This document shows, piece by piece, positions 18,496 to 28,422 of a stretch of 43,678 bases of DNA. The notes under the pieces are model-generated. The model saw only the letters and a list, made by a program, of their open reading frames with translations. It searched no databases and had not been told where the DNA came from. Each line of letters opens with the position of its first letter. Position 1 is the first letter of the stretch. Both the position numbers and the translations under genes were made by a program. The stretch lies in sequence record DRR378314_949. The stretch is one strand, 5' to 3'.

Positions 18496-19488
18496 ATGAG
18501 CAATAAAATGAGTAGTGTTAACCAAAGGACCCAACTGGCTGGCGAAAACCGCATGGAACTCCTCATCTTCAAGCTTGGATACAATGACCAGCTTTTCGGG
18601 ATCAATGTATTCAAAGTTCGAGAGGTCATTCCCTGCCCGAAACTCACTGATGTTCCTCATGTGGGATCGCATGTCATTGGCATCACTAACGTGCGTGGCG
18701 AAACCATCCCTGTAATTGACATGGAAACTGCCACCGGCGTGACAGGTGGTTTACGCCAGGCTGCCGTAGTTCTCCAGAGCGAGACTGTCGCTGACGGTTC
18801 GGCCAGGCCATTACTCATTGTGAGCGAATACAACCAGAAAGTTCAGGCCTTCCTGGTTAAGAGCGTCGATCGCATAGTGAATCGTAGTTGGACGGACATA
18901 ACGCCCCCGCCAAGTTGTCTTCCCGGCGGGCATTATCTGACGGCAACGACCCAGTTAGAAGACACTATCGTGGGAATTCTTGATGTTGAAAGGGTTTTGT
19001 CGGAACTCGCGCCCGAGATGGACGGCAATCTATCTAAAACCGTATCCGAGAAAAGCCGACAATGGACAAACGATGGCGACGAGCTTTACCCCATACTGGT
19101 TATCGATGACTCCGCAGTAGCTCGACGGCAACTGACTCGCGTTCTTACCGATATGGGGCTGAAAATCGAAACCTTTAATGACGGCGAGCAAGCGTACCTT
19201 CATCTGGAACAGGTTGTCTCTGAGGGAAAATCGCTTTCGGATGTTTATCAGACCATTATTTCAGACATTGAAATGCCAAAGATGGATGGTTACACGTTTG
19301 TTTCAAAAGTAAAGGCTAATCCAGCCATGTCTGGTATTCCCATCGTTTTGCACAGCTCCCTTACTGGTGGGTTCAACAAGGCCCTGGTGGAAAAAGTCGG
19401 GGCCGATGGGTTTCTTGAGAAGTTTGATCCCGATAAGCTTGCGAACTTTGTTATGGAGACTGTCGGAGCGACCAGAGCCATTGGATGA
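18496..19488 (+). CDS. cheV: Chemotaxis coupling protein CheV (CheW-REC)
   Basis: RTQLAGENRMELLIF, FGINVFKVREV, DDSAVAR, SDIEMPKMDGY. Confidence 0.95.
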   Translation: MSNKMSSVNQRTQLAGENRMELLIFKLGYNDQLFGINVFKVREVIPCPKLTDVPHVGSHVIGITNVRGETIPVIDMETATGVTGGLRQAAVVLQSETVADGSARPLLIVSEYNQKVQAFLVKSVDRIVNRSWTDITPPPSCLPGGHYLTATTQLEDTIVGILDVERVLSELAPEMDGNLSKTVSEKSRQWTNDGDELYPILVIDDSAVARRQLTRVLTDMGLKIETFNDGEQAYLHLEQVVSEGKSLSDVYQTIISDIEMPKMDGYTFVSKVKANPAMSGIPIVLHSSLTGGFNKALVEKVGADGFLEKFDPDKLANFVMETVGATRAIG

Positions 19489-19631
19489 CGGTGTTCTTGC
19501 GCCAAGCGTGAATCACCATTGCTTTATAGATGCCTCCGAGCCAAAAACAATAACTGGCTGACGAGGCAACTGGAGACGTCAACGGAGAGCTTCTCTAGGC
19601 ACTGCTTATTGTCGGATGACCAGGGGGGAGA

Positions 19632-20224
19632 TGCCATGGCCGCCCTCAAGGGGGACGAGACCACATCCGAGATTGCCGCCCGCTTTCAGATCCAGCCAAC
19701 CATGGTCAACACTTGGAAGCGCGAGTTTCTCGAAAATGCCCCTGACCTCTTCGAGGGCAAGAAAAAGTCTGGCAAGCAGTCCGATGAACCTAACACGAAT
19801 GAGCTCTATCGCGAGATTGGCCGACTGACGGTGGAACACGACTTTTTGTCGCGTAAGCTCGATCAGTAAGCTGTCAACGGCGGTTGGCGATGATCGAGCG
19901 TGGCATCCCCAGGTCAGCATTTCGCGCCAGTGTGAGATGCTCAAGCTGAGCCCACATCGGTCTATTATGTCCCTCTTGAGCAGTGTCAGGAAAATCTGGA
20001 TTTGATGCGTCTGATTGACCAGCAGCGCCTGAAAACACCGTGCTATGGCTCTCGCAAGATGCGTGTTCACTTGGAGCACGAGGGCTATCAGCTCAACCGC
20101 AAGCCGGTGCACTAGCTGATGCGCACCAATGGGCATTCAGGCCGTGTACCCACGGCCCAGAACCAGCATTCCGGGCGACGGGCAAAAGATCTACCCGTAC
20201 CTGCGCAAAGGGCTGAAAATCGAC
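19632..20224 (+). mobile_element. Decayed IS3-family insertion sequence (orfA and 5' orfB remnants)
   Basis: OrfA 'AMAALKGDETTSEIAARFQIQPTMVNTWK...LYREIGRLTVEHDFL'; OrfB pieces 'SISRQCEML', 'YGSRKMR', 'IYPYL' with frameshifts and TAG at 20113-20115; no DDE core or IRs seen. Confidence 0.88.
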
Positions 20225-20234
20225 GTTGTTTGTA

Positions 20235-21221
20235 TCAGATGGGTAAATCAAGGGCTGCGTGATCAGGCAAGGAGGTAAAGGCGCCTGCTCGAGTGACTGC
20301 GTGAGCACCGCATGCGCTGGCGAATGCAAGAACGCTTTCCAATTGCTCTATGTTGCCACCAAGATCTTTAAGGCCATGCACGGTCGTATCCAATTCAGCT
20401 AGCTTATAAAGCAACCCCCCGACAAACGCATCACCCGCAGCAGTGCTGTCGACCATGGTGACCTTTGGCGGCTGGAGGGTGCCCTCAGCATGTGCCGTGA
20501 AGTAGCGTAGGGGTTTGTTGCCATTGGTAACGATAACCAGGATCGCACCAGCGCCAAGGATGTTGCCGACCACGGTCATTTCATCCTGATTACGGCATAA
20601 AAAATCCAACTCTTCTGCGGATAGTTTGATGATATCCGCCTGTTGGATAGAATCCCAGATAACTGGGAAAGGGTCACTAGTTCCAGGCCAGAGATTCTGT
20701 CTCAGGTTGATATCGAAACTGATGAGAAAACCGGCACCCCGGGCTTTTCTGATTCCCGTTTGCGTGGCTTCACGAATGCTGGCGTCGGTCAGTGTATTGG
20801 AGCAGAAATGTAAAATTCCTGGTTCATCGAACCATCCGTCCTGAAATTCCTGCGGTTCAAAAAGTAGATCCGCCGAACCATCCCGATAAAATGCGAAGCT
20901 GCGCTCGCCGTTTTGGTCCAGAGATACAAACGCCAGCGCAGTTTTTCCGGCGCTGGTTTGCAGCAGGTAGTCGGTACGCACCTTCATCTGCTCCAGGGAC
21001 AGTTTAAGAAAATCGCCGAACATATCAGCCCCGACTTTTCCAGCGAAGTAACTTCGTCCACCCAGTTTCCCGATTGCCGCTGCGACGTTGGCGGGGGCTC
21101 CGCCAGGGAACTTGGTGAAATGTTCGCTATTTTCAGTGTCCTCAACATTGTCAGCGACTGAGCTCACGCAGCTCGAGAGCATGTCGATCAGGGCTTCACC
21201 GAATGAAATGACTTTCTTCAT
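20235..21221 (-). CDS. Fructokinase, PfkB family (MtlZ/ScrK-like)
   Basis: FGEALIDM, PGGAPANVA, GERSFAFYR, DSTAAGDAFVGG; TGATG coupling with pgi. Confidence 0.9.
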   Translation of the reverse strand: MKKVISFGEALIDMLSSCVSSVADNVEDTENSEHFTKFPGGAPANVAAAIGKLGGRSYFAGKVGADMFGDFLKLSLEQMKVRTDYLLQTSAGKTALAFVSLDQNGERSFAFYRDGSADLLFEPQEFQDGWFDEPGILHFCSNTLTDASIREATQTGIRKARGAGFLISFDINLRQNLWPGTSDPFPVIWDSIQQADIIKLSAEELDFLCRNQDEMTVVGNILGAGAILVIVTNGNKPLRYFTAHAEGTLQPPKVTMVDSTAAGDAFVGGLLYKLAELDTTVHGLKDLGGNIEQLESVLAFASACGAHAVTRAGAFTSLPDHAALDLPI

Positions 21222-22840
21222 CAATTCTGTTCCCTGGTGGATGTATGGTTGTCCGCCGCCAGTTGCTGTTTAACGAGCGTCATTAACCCCTCAGTCGAGC
21301 CGTCAAACACGGAGTCCTGGCTGTTCATGCTCTGGCTGATATCGGTGGCGAGCCTTTTGCCCAACTGCACCCCCCACTGATCGAACGAATTGATGTTCCA
21401 GATAACTCCCTGAACGAATACCTTGTGTTCATAAAGCGCAATCAGAGCACCCAGATTGCGGGGAGTCAGTTCCTCCATCAGCAGCGTATTGCTGGGCCTG
21501 TTGCCGGGACAACTGGCATAGCTCTCACGATTGCCTTGGTCGTCACCGGTCATGAACGCCCGGGCTTGAGCTAGCATATTGCTCAGCAGGGCAGCGTGAT
21601 GAGCACTGTCCTGCGCAGGGGGGGTCAGCGAGGCGATGAAGTCGATAGGCACCAAATGCTTGCCCTGGTGAAGCAATTGGAAAAACGCATGCTGACCGTT
21701 GGAACCAGTCTGACCCCAGACAATCGGGCCGGTGGCATGGTTGACCGGATTCCCCTCGACATCCACCGACTTACCATTGCTTTCCATGTCCAACTGCTGA
21801 AGAAACGCAGGCAGCTTGTGCATCGCCTGATTGTAGGGAATGATGGCCTGAGTGGCAGCCTCCTGAAAGTTTGTATGCCAGATACCAATCAAGGCCAGAA
21901 TCACTGGCATATTTTCCCGATAGGGCGCTTCAAAAAAATGCCGATCCATGGCAAAAGCTCCATCCAACAACGAGTCAAACCGGTCGTAGCCGATGCATAG
22001 AGCGATCGGCAATCCAATACTGGACCAAAGCGAATAGCGGCCACCGACCCAATCCCAGAACTCAAAAATACTTTCTGCCTGGATGCCAAATGACTCAGCC
22101 GCCGACTTGTTCGCGGTCGCGGCAACAAAGTGCGGAGCCATGCACGACTCATCCCCCCGCACGTGCTCAAGAAACCAGCGCTTGGCGGTGCTAGCGTTAA
22201 TCAGCGTTTCCTGGGTTGAAAAGGTTTTGGTGGACACGATGAATAGCGTGGTTTCAGGGTCGAGTCTGTTCAAAAGTCTCCGAATCGGTTGGCCATCCAC
22301 GCTGGAAATAAAGTGGAGATCAATATCGGCGTACCGGTAGTCGTCAAGCGCATCGCATACCATCGCCGGGCCCAGGTCGGAGCCACCAATACCAATATTG
22401 ACCACATCTTTAATCCGCTGCCCCATATACCCGCGCCATTGGCCATTTCTTACCTGATCCGTGAAGGTGCGTAGCTTGGCTAGAGCGACGCGAATGTCGG
22501 GCATGACATCTCGCCCGTCAGCCAACGCCGGGGCCTCGCCTTTGTAACGCAGCGCTGTATGCAATACTGGTCGTTTCTCGGTGACGTTGATGATCCCACC
22601 GGAAAACATCTGCTCACGTCGTTCAGCCAACGCAGAGCCTTTCGCCAGTTGGAGCAGTGCTTCCAACGCGACGTCGGACACTTTGTTCTTCGAGTAATCC
22701 AGAAATAACTCCTCGAACCGAAGGCTCATTTTCGCAAACCGATCCGGGTCTGCCGAAAAGTAATTCTCAATCCGGTCGTTGCGCGTTTCGGCGGCCAGAT
22801 TTTCCAGCCTGGCCCAGGCGCTGGTTTGTTCCATTGTCAT
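21221..22840 (-). CDS. pgi: Glucose-6-phosphate isomerase
   Basis: NIGIGGSDLGP, WDWVGGRYSLWS, QQLDMESNGK, GQHAFFQLLHQG, SFDQWGVQLGK. Confidence 0.96.
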   Translation of the reverse strand: MTMEQTSAWARLENLAAETRNDRIENYFSADPDRFAKMSLRFEELFLDYSKNKVSDVALEALLQLAKGSALAERREQMFSGGIINVTEKRPVLHTALRYKGEAPALADGRDVMPDIRVALAKLRTFTDQVRNGQWRGYMGQRIKDVVNIGIGGSDLGPAMVCDALDDYRYADIDLHFISSVDGQPIRRLLNRLDPETTLFIVSTKTFSTQETLINASTAKRWFLEHVRGDESCMAPHFVAATANKSAAESFGIQAESIFEFWDWVGGRYSLWSSIGLPIALCIGYDRFDSLLDGAFAMDRHFFEAPYRENMPVILALIGIWHTNFQEAATQAIIPYNQAMHKLPAFLQQLDMESNGKSVDVEGNPVNHATGPIVWGQTGSNGQHAFFQLLHQGKHLVPIDFIASLTPPAQDSAHHAALLSNMLAQARAFMTGDDQGNRESYASCPGNRPSNTLLMEELTPRNLGALIALYEHKVFVQGVIWNINSFDQWGVQLGKRLATDISQSMNSQDSVFDGSTEGLMTLVKQQLAADNHTSTREQN

Positions 22841-22865
22841 CGTTGTTCCTACGGTCTGAGCGGTA

Positions 22866-23969
22866 TCAGGCGGCTATACGGCTGAGTTTCCGGATCGCGC
22901 GGCCTTGTTTATCGAACAGGTGGCATTCCGAAAGGTCCAGGCTCAAACCAAGCGTCGCGCCATGCTCGCATTCGTATCGGCCGGGCATCCGCACAGTAAT
23001 CGTCTCGCCAATGCTGGTTCTGACGTAGCAAAAGGTGTCGCTGCCAAGGTTTTCAGCAATGTCGAGCTGGCCGTTTAGTGGGCTCTCGTTAGGGTCGGTC
23101 ATTTGAATATGCTCGGGGCGCACACCCAGTTCAACCGATTCACCTTCGTTTAGAGTTTCGCCTGACACCGGTACCCGGAGCTGAGCACCGGAGTCCAGCG
23201 CGACGGTTACTCCAGAGGGTTCCAGGGCTTTTATGGTGCCCCGCAGAAAGCTCATCTTCGGCATACCCAAAAAGCCGGCGACAAAACGGCTTTCCGGGAA
23301 GTGATAAAGATCCACCGGCGAGCCAATCTGTTCGATCTGCCCCTGATTCATCACCACCACTTTATCTGCCAGGGTCATGGCTTCAACCTGATCATGGGTG
23401 ACGTAAACCATGGTAGCTTCCAGGTCATGGTGTAGGCGTGCAAGCTCCAGCCGCATCTGAACCCGCAACGCTGCATCCAGGTTGGACAGTGGCTCGTCAA
23501 ACAAAAAGACCTTGGGCTGTCGGACGATGGAACGGCCAATGGCAACCCGCTGACGTTGCCCGCCCGAAAGCTCTTTGGGTTTGCGATCCAGCCAGGGCTC
23601 AAGTTCAAGAATGCGCGCAGCCTCCGCAACTTTGGCGTTGATGGCGTCTTTGCCTTCTTTAGCTAGCTCCAATGCAAACGACATATTCTTGCGAACGGTC
23701 ATGTGTGGGTACAGGGCATAGCTCTGGAATACCATCGCCAGATCGCGCTTGGCTGGGGCCAGTTCGGTGATTTCCCGGGTGTCCAGATAGATGCTGCCGC
23801 TGGTGACATCCTCGAGGCCGGCAATTGAGCGCAAGAGTGTCGATTTTCCACAACCTGAAGGCCCTACAAAAACCACAAACTCGTTGTTGTTAATTTCGAG
23901 ATTGATGCCTTTCAGGATCTCCGTGTTGCCGTAGGATTTCCTGAGATTTTCTATTGTGAGATTTGCCAT
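22866..23969 (-). CDS. mtlK: Polyol ABC transporter ATP-binding subunit (MtlK/SmoK)
   Basis: GPSGCGKST, LSGGQRQR, FLFDEPLSNLDA, C-terminal TOBE-type domain. Confidence 0.9.
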   Translation of the reverse strand: MANLTIENLRKSYGNTEILKGINLEINNNEFVVFVGPSGCGKSTLLRSIAGLEDVTSGSIYLDTREITELAPAKRDLAMVFQSYALYPHMTVRKNMSFALELAKEGKDAINAKVAEAARILELEPWLDRKPKELSGGQRQRVAIGRSIVRQPKVFLFDEPLSNLDAALRVQMRLELARLHHDLEATMVYVTHDQVEAMTLADKVVVMNQGQIEQIGSPVDLYHFPESRFVAGFLGMPKMSFLRGTIKALEPSGVTVALDSGAQLRVPVSGETLNEGESVELGVRPEHIQMTDPNESPLNGQLDIAENLGSDTFCYVRTSIGETITVRMPGRYECEHGATLGLSLDLSECHLFDKQGRAIRKLSRIAA

Positions 23970-23980
23970 GGAATGCTCCG

Positions 23981-24814
23981 CTATTTAACAGCGCCAAAGG
24001 ACAGGCCGCGAACGAGTTGCTTCTGACTTATCCAGCCAAAAATGAGAATGGGTGCACAGGCTAGCGTGGAAACGGCCGACAGCTTCGCCCAGAACAGGCC
24101 CTCGGGGCTGGAGTAGGACGCAATCAGCGCAGTCAGTGGCGCCGATTCTGATGCGGTCAGGTTTAAAGACCAGAAGGCTTCGTTCCAGCTCAGGATCAGA
24201 GATAGCAGAACTGTCGCTGCGAGCCCGCCCTTGCTCATTGGTATTAGCACCCGCCACATTTCCTGTAGCAGGCTGGCGCCGTCCATACGCGCTGCCTCCA
24301 GGACTTCTTTGGGGATTTCCTTGAAATAGGTGTAGGCCATCCAGATCATTATCGGCAGGTTAATCATGGTGTAGATGATGACCAGGCCTGTCAGGGTATC
24401 CAGCAAGCCGGTATCGCGGAATAGCAGGTATATAGGTACCAGCACACCGACCGGCGGCAGCATTTTGGTGGACAGCATCCAGAGCAGGGTTGCTTTGGTT
24501 CGTTTGGTTTCAAAAAACGCCATGGAGTACGCCGCAGGCACCGCCAGCATCATGCCGATGATGGTTGAACCAAATGCCACAACCACAGAGTTCCAGGCAA
24601 AATGGAAATAGTCACTGCGCTCATTTACAAGCGCGTAGTTCTCCAGAGTGGGGGTGAAGAATAGCTGGGGTGGCGTTGCAAAGGCGTCAATCTCCGTTTT
24701 AAAACTGGTCAATATCATCCAGAAAATTGGAAAGAAGATGATCAGTGCGACGAGCCAAGCCAATGACCCACAGATTACAGTGGTCAGACGCCGACGTTGT
24801 TTAAGGCTAAGCAT
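23981..24814 (-). CDS. mtlG: Polyol ABC permease (MtlG/SmoG)
   Basis: 'LLWMLSTKMLPPVGVL', EAARMDGA, 'SSPEGLFWAKLSA', 'LVRGLSFGAVK'. Confidence 0.9.
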   Translation of the reverse strand: MLSLKQRRRLTTVICGSLAWLVALIIFFPIFWMILTSFKTEIDAFATPPQLFFTPTLENYALVNERSDYFHFAWNSVVVAFGSTIIGMMLAVPAAYSMAFFETKRTKATLLWMLSTKMLPPVGVLVPIYLLFRDTGLLDTLTGLVIIYTMINLPIMIWMAYTYFKEIPKEVLEAARMDGASLLQEMWRVLIPMSKGGLAATVLLSLILSWNEAFWSLNLTASESAPLTALIASYSSPEGLFWAKLSAVSTLACAPILIFGWISQKQLVRGLSFGAVK

Positions 24815-24831
24815 GGAAATACCTCGGTAAC

Positions 24832-25782
24832 TTATTGTTTTTCAGTCAGACTCTTTCCGACCAACCGGATCAGAAAAATGGCTGCAATATTGGCCAGAAT
24901 TACTGCAATCACACCGCCCGCAGAGGCCAGCCCTACATCAAACTGAAGCAGCGCCTGACTGAAGATCAGGTACGCCAAATTGGTGGTTTCAAAACCGGGT
25001 CCGCCCTGGGTTGTGGTGAAAATCTCAGCGAAAACAGACAGAAGAAAAATCGTCTCCAGCATCACCACCACGGCAATGGGGCGAGCCAGGTGCGGCAGCG
25101 TCAGATGGTAGAAAAGGGCCCAGCGACCGGCACCATCAAGACGCGCCGCCTCCTGCTGTTCCTGGTCGAGCGATTGCAGAGCGGTCATGAGCAGCAAGAT
25201 GGCAAACGGCAACCAGCGCCAGGACACGATCACAATGATCGAGAACATCGGAAACTCGGCGAACCAGTCAATAGGCTGGGCACCGAAGAATCGCCAGACG
25301 GCCGCAAGCACGCCGGAAACGGGATGAAGCAGCAGATTCTTCCAGATCAGCGCTGTTACCGTTGGCATGATAAAGAACGGCGAAATAAGCAGAATCCGTA
25401 CAATTCCCCTTCCCTTGAATGCCTGATTGACGAGTAGCGAGATCAGCACACCGAAAACCACGGTAATAAACAGAACCGAACCGACCAGCAGCAGGGTGTT
25501 GCCCATGCCAGAAAAAAAGGAAACCCCCTCAACAAAGAACTCGTAGTTCTCCAGCCCGACGAAATTATTGGCGCCAGGGTTGAGCAGGTTGTATCGAATG
25601 GTGGAGAAATAGATGGTCATGGACAGCGGTACGACCATCCACAAGAACAGCAGAATCACCGACGGCGATACCATCAAACCACTGATTCTTGACTTATTTC
25701 GGACTGTTTTTTGTTCGCTGGGGCTGTCCTGACCAGGCACCTCGGAATCGATGGCGTGCCTATTATTGGCGGTAAACTTCAT
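24832..25782 (-). CDS. mtlF: Polyol ABC permease (MtlF/SmoF)
   Basis: 'LWMVVPLSMTIYFS', 'PFFIMPTV', EAARLDGA, 'QALLQFDVGLASAGG'. Confidence 0.9.
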   Translation of the reverse strand: MKFTANNRHAIDSEVPGQDSPSEQKTVRNKSRISGLMVSPSVILLFLWMVVPLSMTIYFSTIRYNLLNPGANNFVGLENYEFFVEGVSFFSGMGNTLLLVGSVLFITVVFGVLISLLVNQAFKGRGIVRILLISPFFIMPTVTALIWKNLLLHPVSGVLAAVWRFFGAQPIDWFAEFPMFSIIVIVSWRWLPFAILLLMTALQSLDQEQQEAARLDGAGRWALFYHLTLPHLARPIAVVVMLETIFLLSVFAEIFTTTQGGPGFETTNLAYLIFSQALLQFDVGLASAGGVIAVILANIAAIFLIRLVGKSLTEKQ

Positions 25783-25845
25783 AATATGTGTTCCCGAAAC
25801 CTGAGGGAGGCCGGCGGCGCCCCCTTTTCCGTTTTGTTTTTAAAG

Positions 25846-25874
25846 TACGGGAGGGCTGGCTCAGCCCTCCCGTA
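25846..25874. other. Intercistronic stem-loop between mtlE and mtlF
   Basis: Perfect 13-bp stem TACGGGAGGGCTG-GCT-CAGCCCTCCCGTA; usual position for an element stabilising binding-protein mRNA. Confidence 0.75.
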
Positions 25875-25881
25875 TCGGGTT

Positions 25882-27252
25882 TCAGTTTTCGTCATCGGGT
25901 GTGATCTTGAGTACTGAGCCAGACAGGTTGTAGCCTGCCCGTTTCATTTCCCGGGTGGTTGTCGCTTGCGCGGCCTGAAGAGCCTGGTCAACAGACATGG
26001 AACCGGCCAGTGCGCCAGACACCAGCTTACCCACCTGGGTACCTATGGCCTGAAACTCCGGAATGGAGACCAGTTGCACACCGGTGTAGGGAACGGGCTT
26101 CATGGTGGCATCGTTGGCGTCTGCCAACTTCATGGCTTCCAGCGTTCTGGCCGCAAACGGGGCTTCTTCCATGTACGCCGCGTTTTCATAGGTTGAGGTA
26201 CGGGTGCCTGGCGGGATATTGGCTATGCCGTCCTCTTCAGCTACCAACTGGCTGTATTCCTTGGAAGTAGCCCAGGTAATAAAGGTCTGTGCGGCCTCTT
26301 TGGAATCGGAGCTTGCGGGAATAGCGAGTGCCCAGGACCACAACCAGCCGGCGCCTTTAGCAGTCTTCTGCTTGGGCGCCAGGGCAAAGCCAACCTCATC
26401 AGGCACCCGGCTTTGCTCTGGATCGGTCAGGAAGCTGCCTGCAACAGTGGCATCCACCCACATGGCACACTTGCCGCTGTTGAACAGGGCCAGGTTTTCA
26501 TTAAAGCCATTGGAGGTGGCGCCGGGAGGGCCGTAGTTGCCCAGCAGATCCACGTAGAAATCAATGGCGTTATTCCAGGCGGAGCCGGTGAATTCAGGCT
26601 TCCACTGCTCATCGAACCAGCGCGCACCAAAGGTGTTAGCGATGGTGGTGACCAAAGCCATGTTTTCGCCCCAGCCCGCCTTGCCACGCAGGCAGATACC
26701 ATATTGGCTCTGGTCAGGTTTGTGCAACTCTTTGGCAAACGACCGTACCTGATCCCAGGTGGGCTGATCGGGCATTGAGAGTCCGGCTTCCTCGAACAGA
26801 TCGGTGCGATAATAGGTCATGGAGCTTTCGGCGTAGAACGGCAGCGCATACAAGTTGCCATCGACCGACAGGCCACTCCTCACAGATGGGAAAATATCAT
26901 CCACGTCATAACTTGCTGGCAGATCCTCCAGGGGCGTCAGCCAACCCTTGTCGCCCCAGATCTGGGTCTCGTAGAGCCCGATGGTCATCACATCGAACTG
27001 ACCGCCGTCGGTCGCAATGTCCGTCGTCAGGCGCTGACGCAGTACGTTTTCTTCCAGCACTACCCAATTGAGTTTGATGTCCGGGTTTGCTGCTTCAAAC
27101 GCGTCTGACAAACCCTTCATGCGAATCATGTCGCCATTATTAACTGTTCCAATGGTGACGGTTGTTTCGGCGGTGGCAACGGTTGGCGCGGAGGCCATGG
27201 CTGAGGCCATGACAGCAGCGGCGGTGTATCGGAGATAGGTGTTTTTGATCAT
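25882..27252 (-). CDS. mtlE: Mannitol/sorbitol/arabitol ABC substrate-binding protein (MtlE/SmoE)
   Basis: Signal peptide; 'TVNNGDMIRM', 'LEENVLRQRLTTDIAT.GGQFD', 'GICLRGKAGWGEN', 'WLWSWALAIP'. Confidence 0.93.
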   Translation of the reverse strand: MIKNTYLRYTAAAVMASAMASAPTVATAETTVTIGTVNNGDMIRMKGLSDAFEAANPDIKLNWVVLEENVLRQRLTTDIATDGGQFDVMTIGLYETQIWGDKGWLTPLEDLPASYDVDDIFPSVRSGLSVDGNLYALPFYAESSMTYYRTDLFEEAGLSMPDQPTWDQVRSFAKELHKPDQSQYGICLRGKAGWGENMALVTTIANTFGARWFDEQWKPEFTGSAWNNAIDFYVDLLGNYGPPGATSNGFNENLALFNSGKCAMWVDATVAGSFLTDPEQSRVPDEVGFALAPKQKTAKGAGWLWSWALAIPASSDSKEAAQTFITWATSKEYSQLVAEEDGIANIPPGTRTSTYENAAYMEEAPFAARTLEAMKLADANDATMKPVPYTGVQLVSIPEFQAIGTQVGKLVSGALAGSMSVDQALQAAQATTTREMKRAGYNLSGSVLKITPDDEN

Positions 27253-27323
27253 TTTCGAACCTCTGCTTATTGTTGGAGTAGGTCGATATCGGTTTTTTGG
27301 AAGCGCGCGAATCATGCCACTCC

Positions 27324-27386
27324 ATTACAAGCCCAATCCGGAAAATGAACAAATACATACTTCAGCGATTTTATATACTTTCTTGC
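27324..27386 (-). promoter_or_regulatory. mtlE promoter with MtlR-type operator
   Basis: GCAAGAAAGTA-N19-GTATTTGTTCATTTTC; TTGTTC-17 bp-TGTAAT; near-identical block upstream of lamB. Confidence 0.8.
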
Positions 27387-27435
27387 TTCTCTCGAGTCGG
27401 TTTGCTTCTCGGTGCTATTAAATAAAATTTTTTTA

Positions 27436-27448
27436 TATCAATTTCTTA
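27436..27448 (+). promoter_or_regulatory. IHF binding site
   Basis: TATCAATTTCTTA matches WATCAANNNNTTR exactly, preceded by an A/T tract. Confidence 0.65.
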
Positions 27449-27525
27449 GAGAGTTCGCGAAATGTTACGGAGCGTAAGTTTGCCGTAGATGATTGCCAGA
27501 AAGTATTGGCCAGAAAGCAGTTTCC

Positions 27526-28422
27526 TCATGGTCGGTAGAGTGCGTCGAGGGACGTTCTACGATATTCCGACGGTGTCATTTTCTTTTGGTCAAAAAAGCG
27601 CCGGTTGAAGTTGGCGATATTGTTAAAACCTGTCAGAAAGCAGATTTCAGTAATCGGCTCATCACTGTGAGCCAGCCATTCACACGCCTTGTTGATTCTC
27701 AGGTTATTGACGAACTCGATGAACCTGTGCCCCGTCGATTTTTTGAAGAATTTGGAGAAGTAGGTCGGACTCATGTGGACGTGGGCCGCAACTTCCTCAA
27801 GCGAAATTGTGCTGTTGTAGTTCTCAAAAATATAGTTCACGGCACTGTTGAGGCGATTGAGGATTCTCTGGTCCATGATGGGAAGGTAGGTAGCTGATGA
27901 GAGCACGCGATAATCCTGCATCGTGGCCAATAACTCAATTAATTCCCAGAATCGTGTCAGGCGGCGGAATCCGCGTGAATCGGCAATTTCTTCGAACAAC
28001 TTCAGGATGTCTGGTCTTTCTTCGATGTTGAGAAACTCAATACCGTACCGGGCACGGTTCCAGAATGGGGTCAGGGCACGCGCTTCCGGGAATACTGATT
28101 CGCAGTTACTGACAAGGCCGGGGGAGAAATTAACAACTCGATCTCGCAGCGCTACCTGATCATCTTTGGCGATCTGGCTGATCCAGTTGTGGGGTAGGTT
28201 GGGGCCCACCAGAACCAAACTGCTCGGGGCAAAATTACCGATGTAGTCACCCACAAACATCTTGCCTGACGTTGCCACGATCAGATGCAGTTCGTATTCC
28301 TCGTGGTAGTGCCAACGCACGAGCGAACTTGGGTATCCGTGATCAAGATACCGAATAGACTCATCGCCCTGTTGGTCGACCCATTCGAATTCCGGCTGTA
28401 TGCGTTGTTTGTTGTTGTTCAT
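27526..28422 (-). CDS. mtlR: AraC family regulator, MtlR-like
   Basis: 'RWHYHEEYELHLI...GKMFVGDYIGNF...GPNLPHNWIS', C-terminal 'GFNNIANFNRRF'; GGTGAGG RBS; located in the mtl cluster. Confidence 0.88.
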   Translation of the reverse strand: MNNNKQRIQPEFEWVDQQGDESIRYLDHGYPSSLVRWHYHEEYELHLIVATSGKMFVGDYIGNFAPSSLVLVGPNLPHNWISQIAKDDQVALRDRVVNFSPGLVSNCESVFPEARALTPFWNRARYGIEFLNIEERPDILKLFEEIADSRGFRRLTRFWELIELLATMQDYRVLSSATYLPIMDQRILNRLNSAVNYIFENYNSTISLEEVAAHVHMSPTYFSKFFKKSTGHRFIEFVNNLRINKACEWLAHSDEPITEICFLTGFNNIANFNRRFFDQKKMTPSEYRRTSLDALYRP

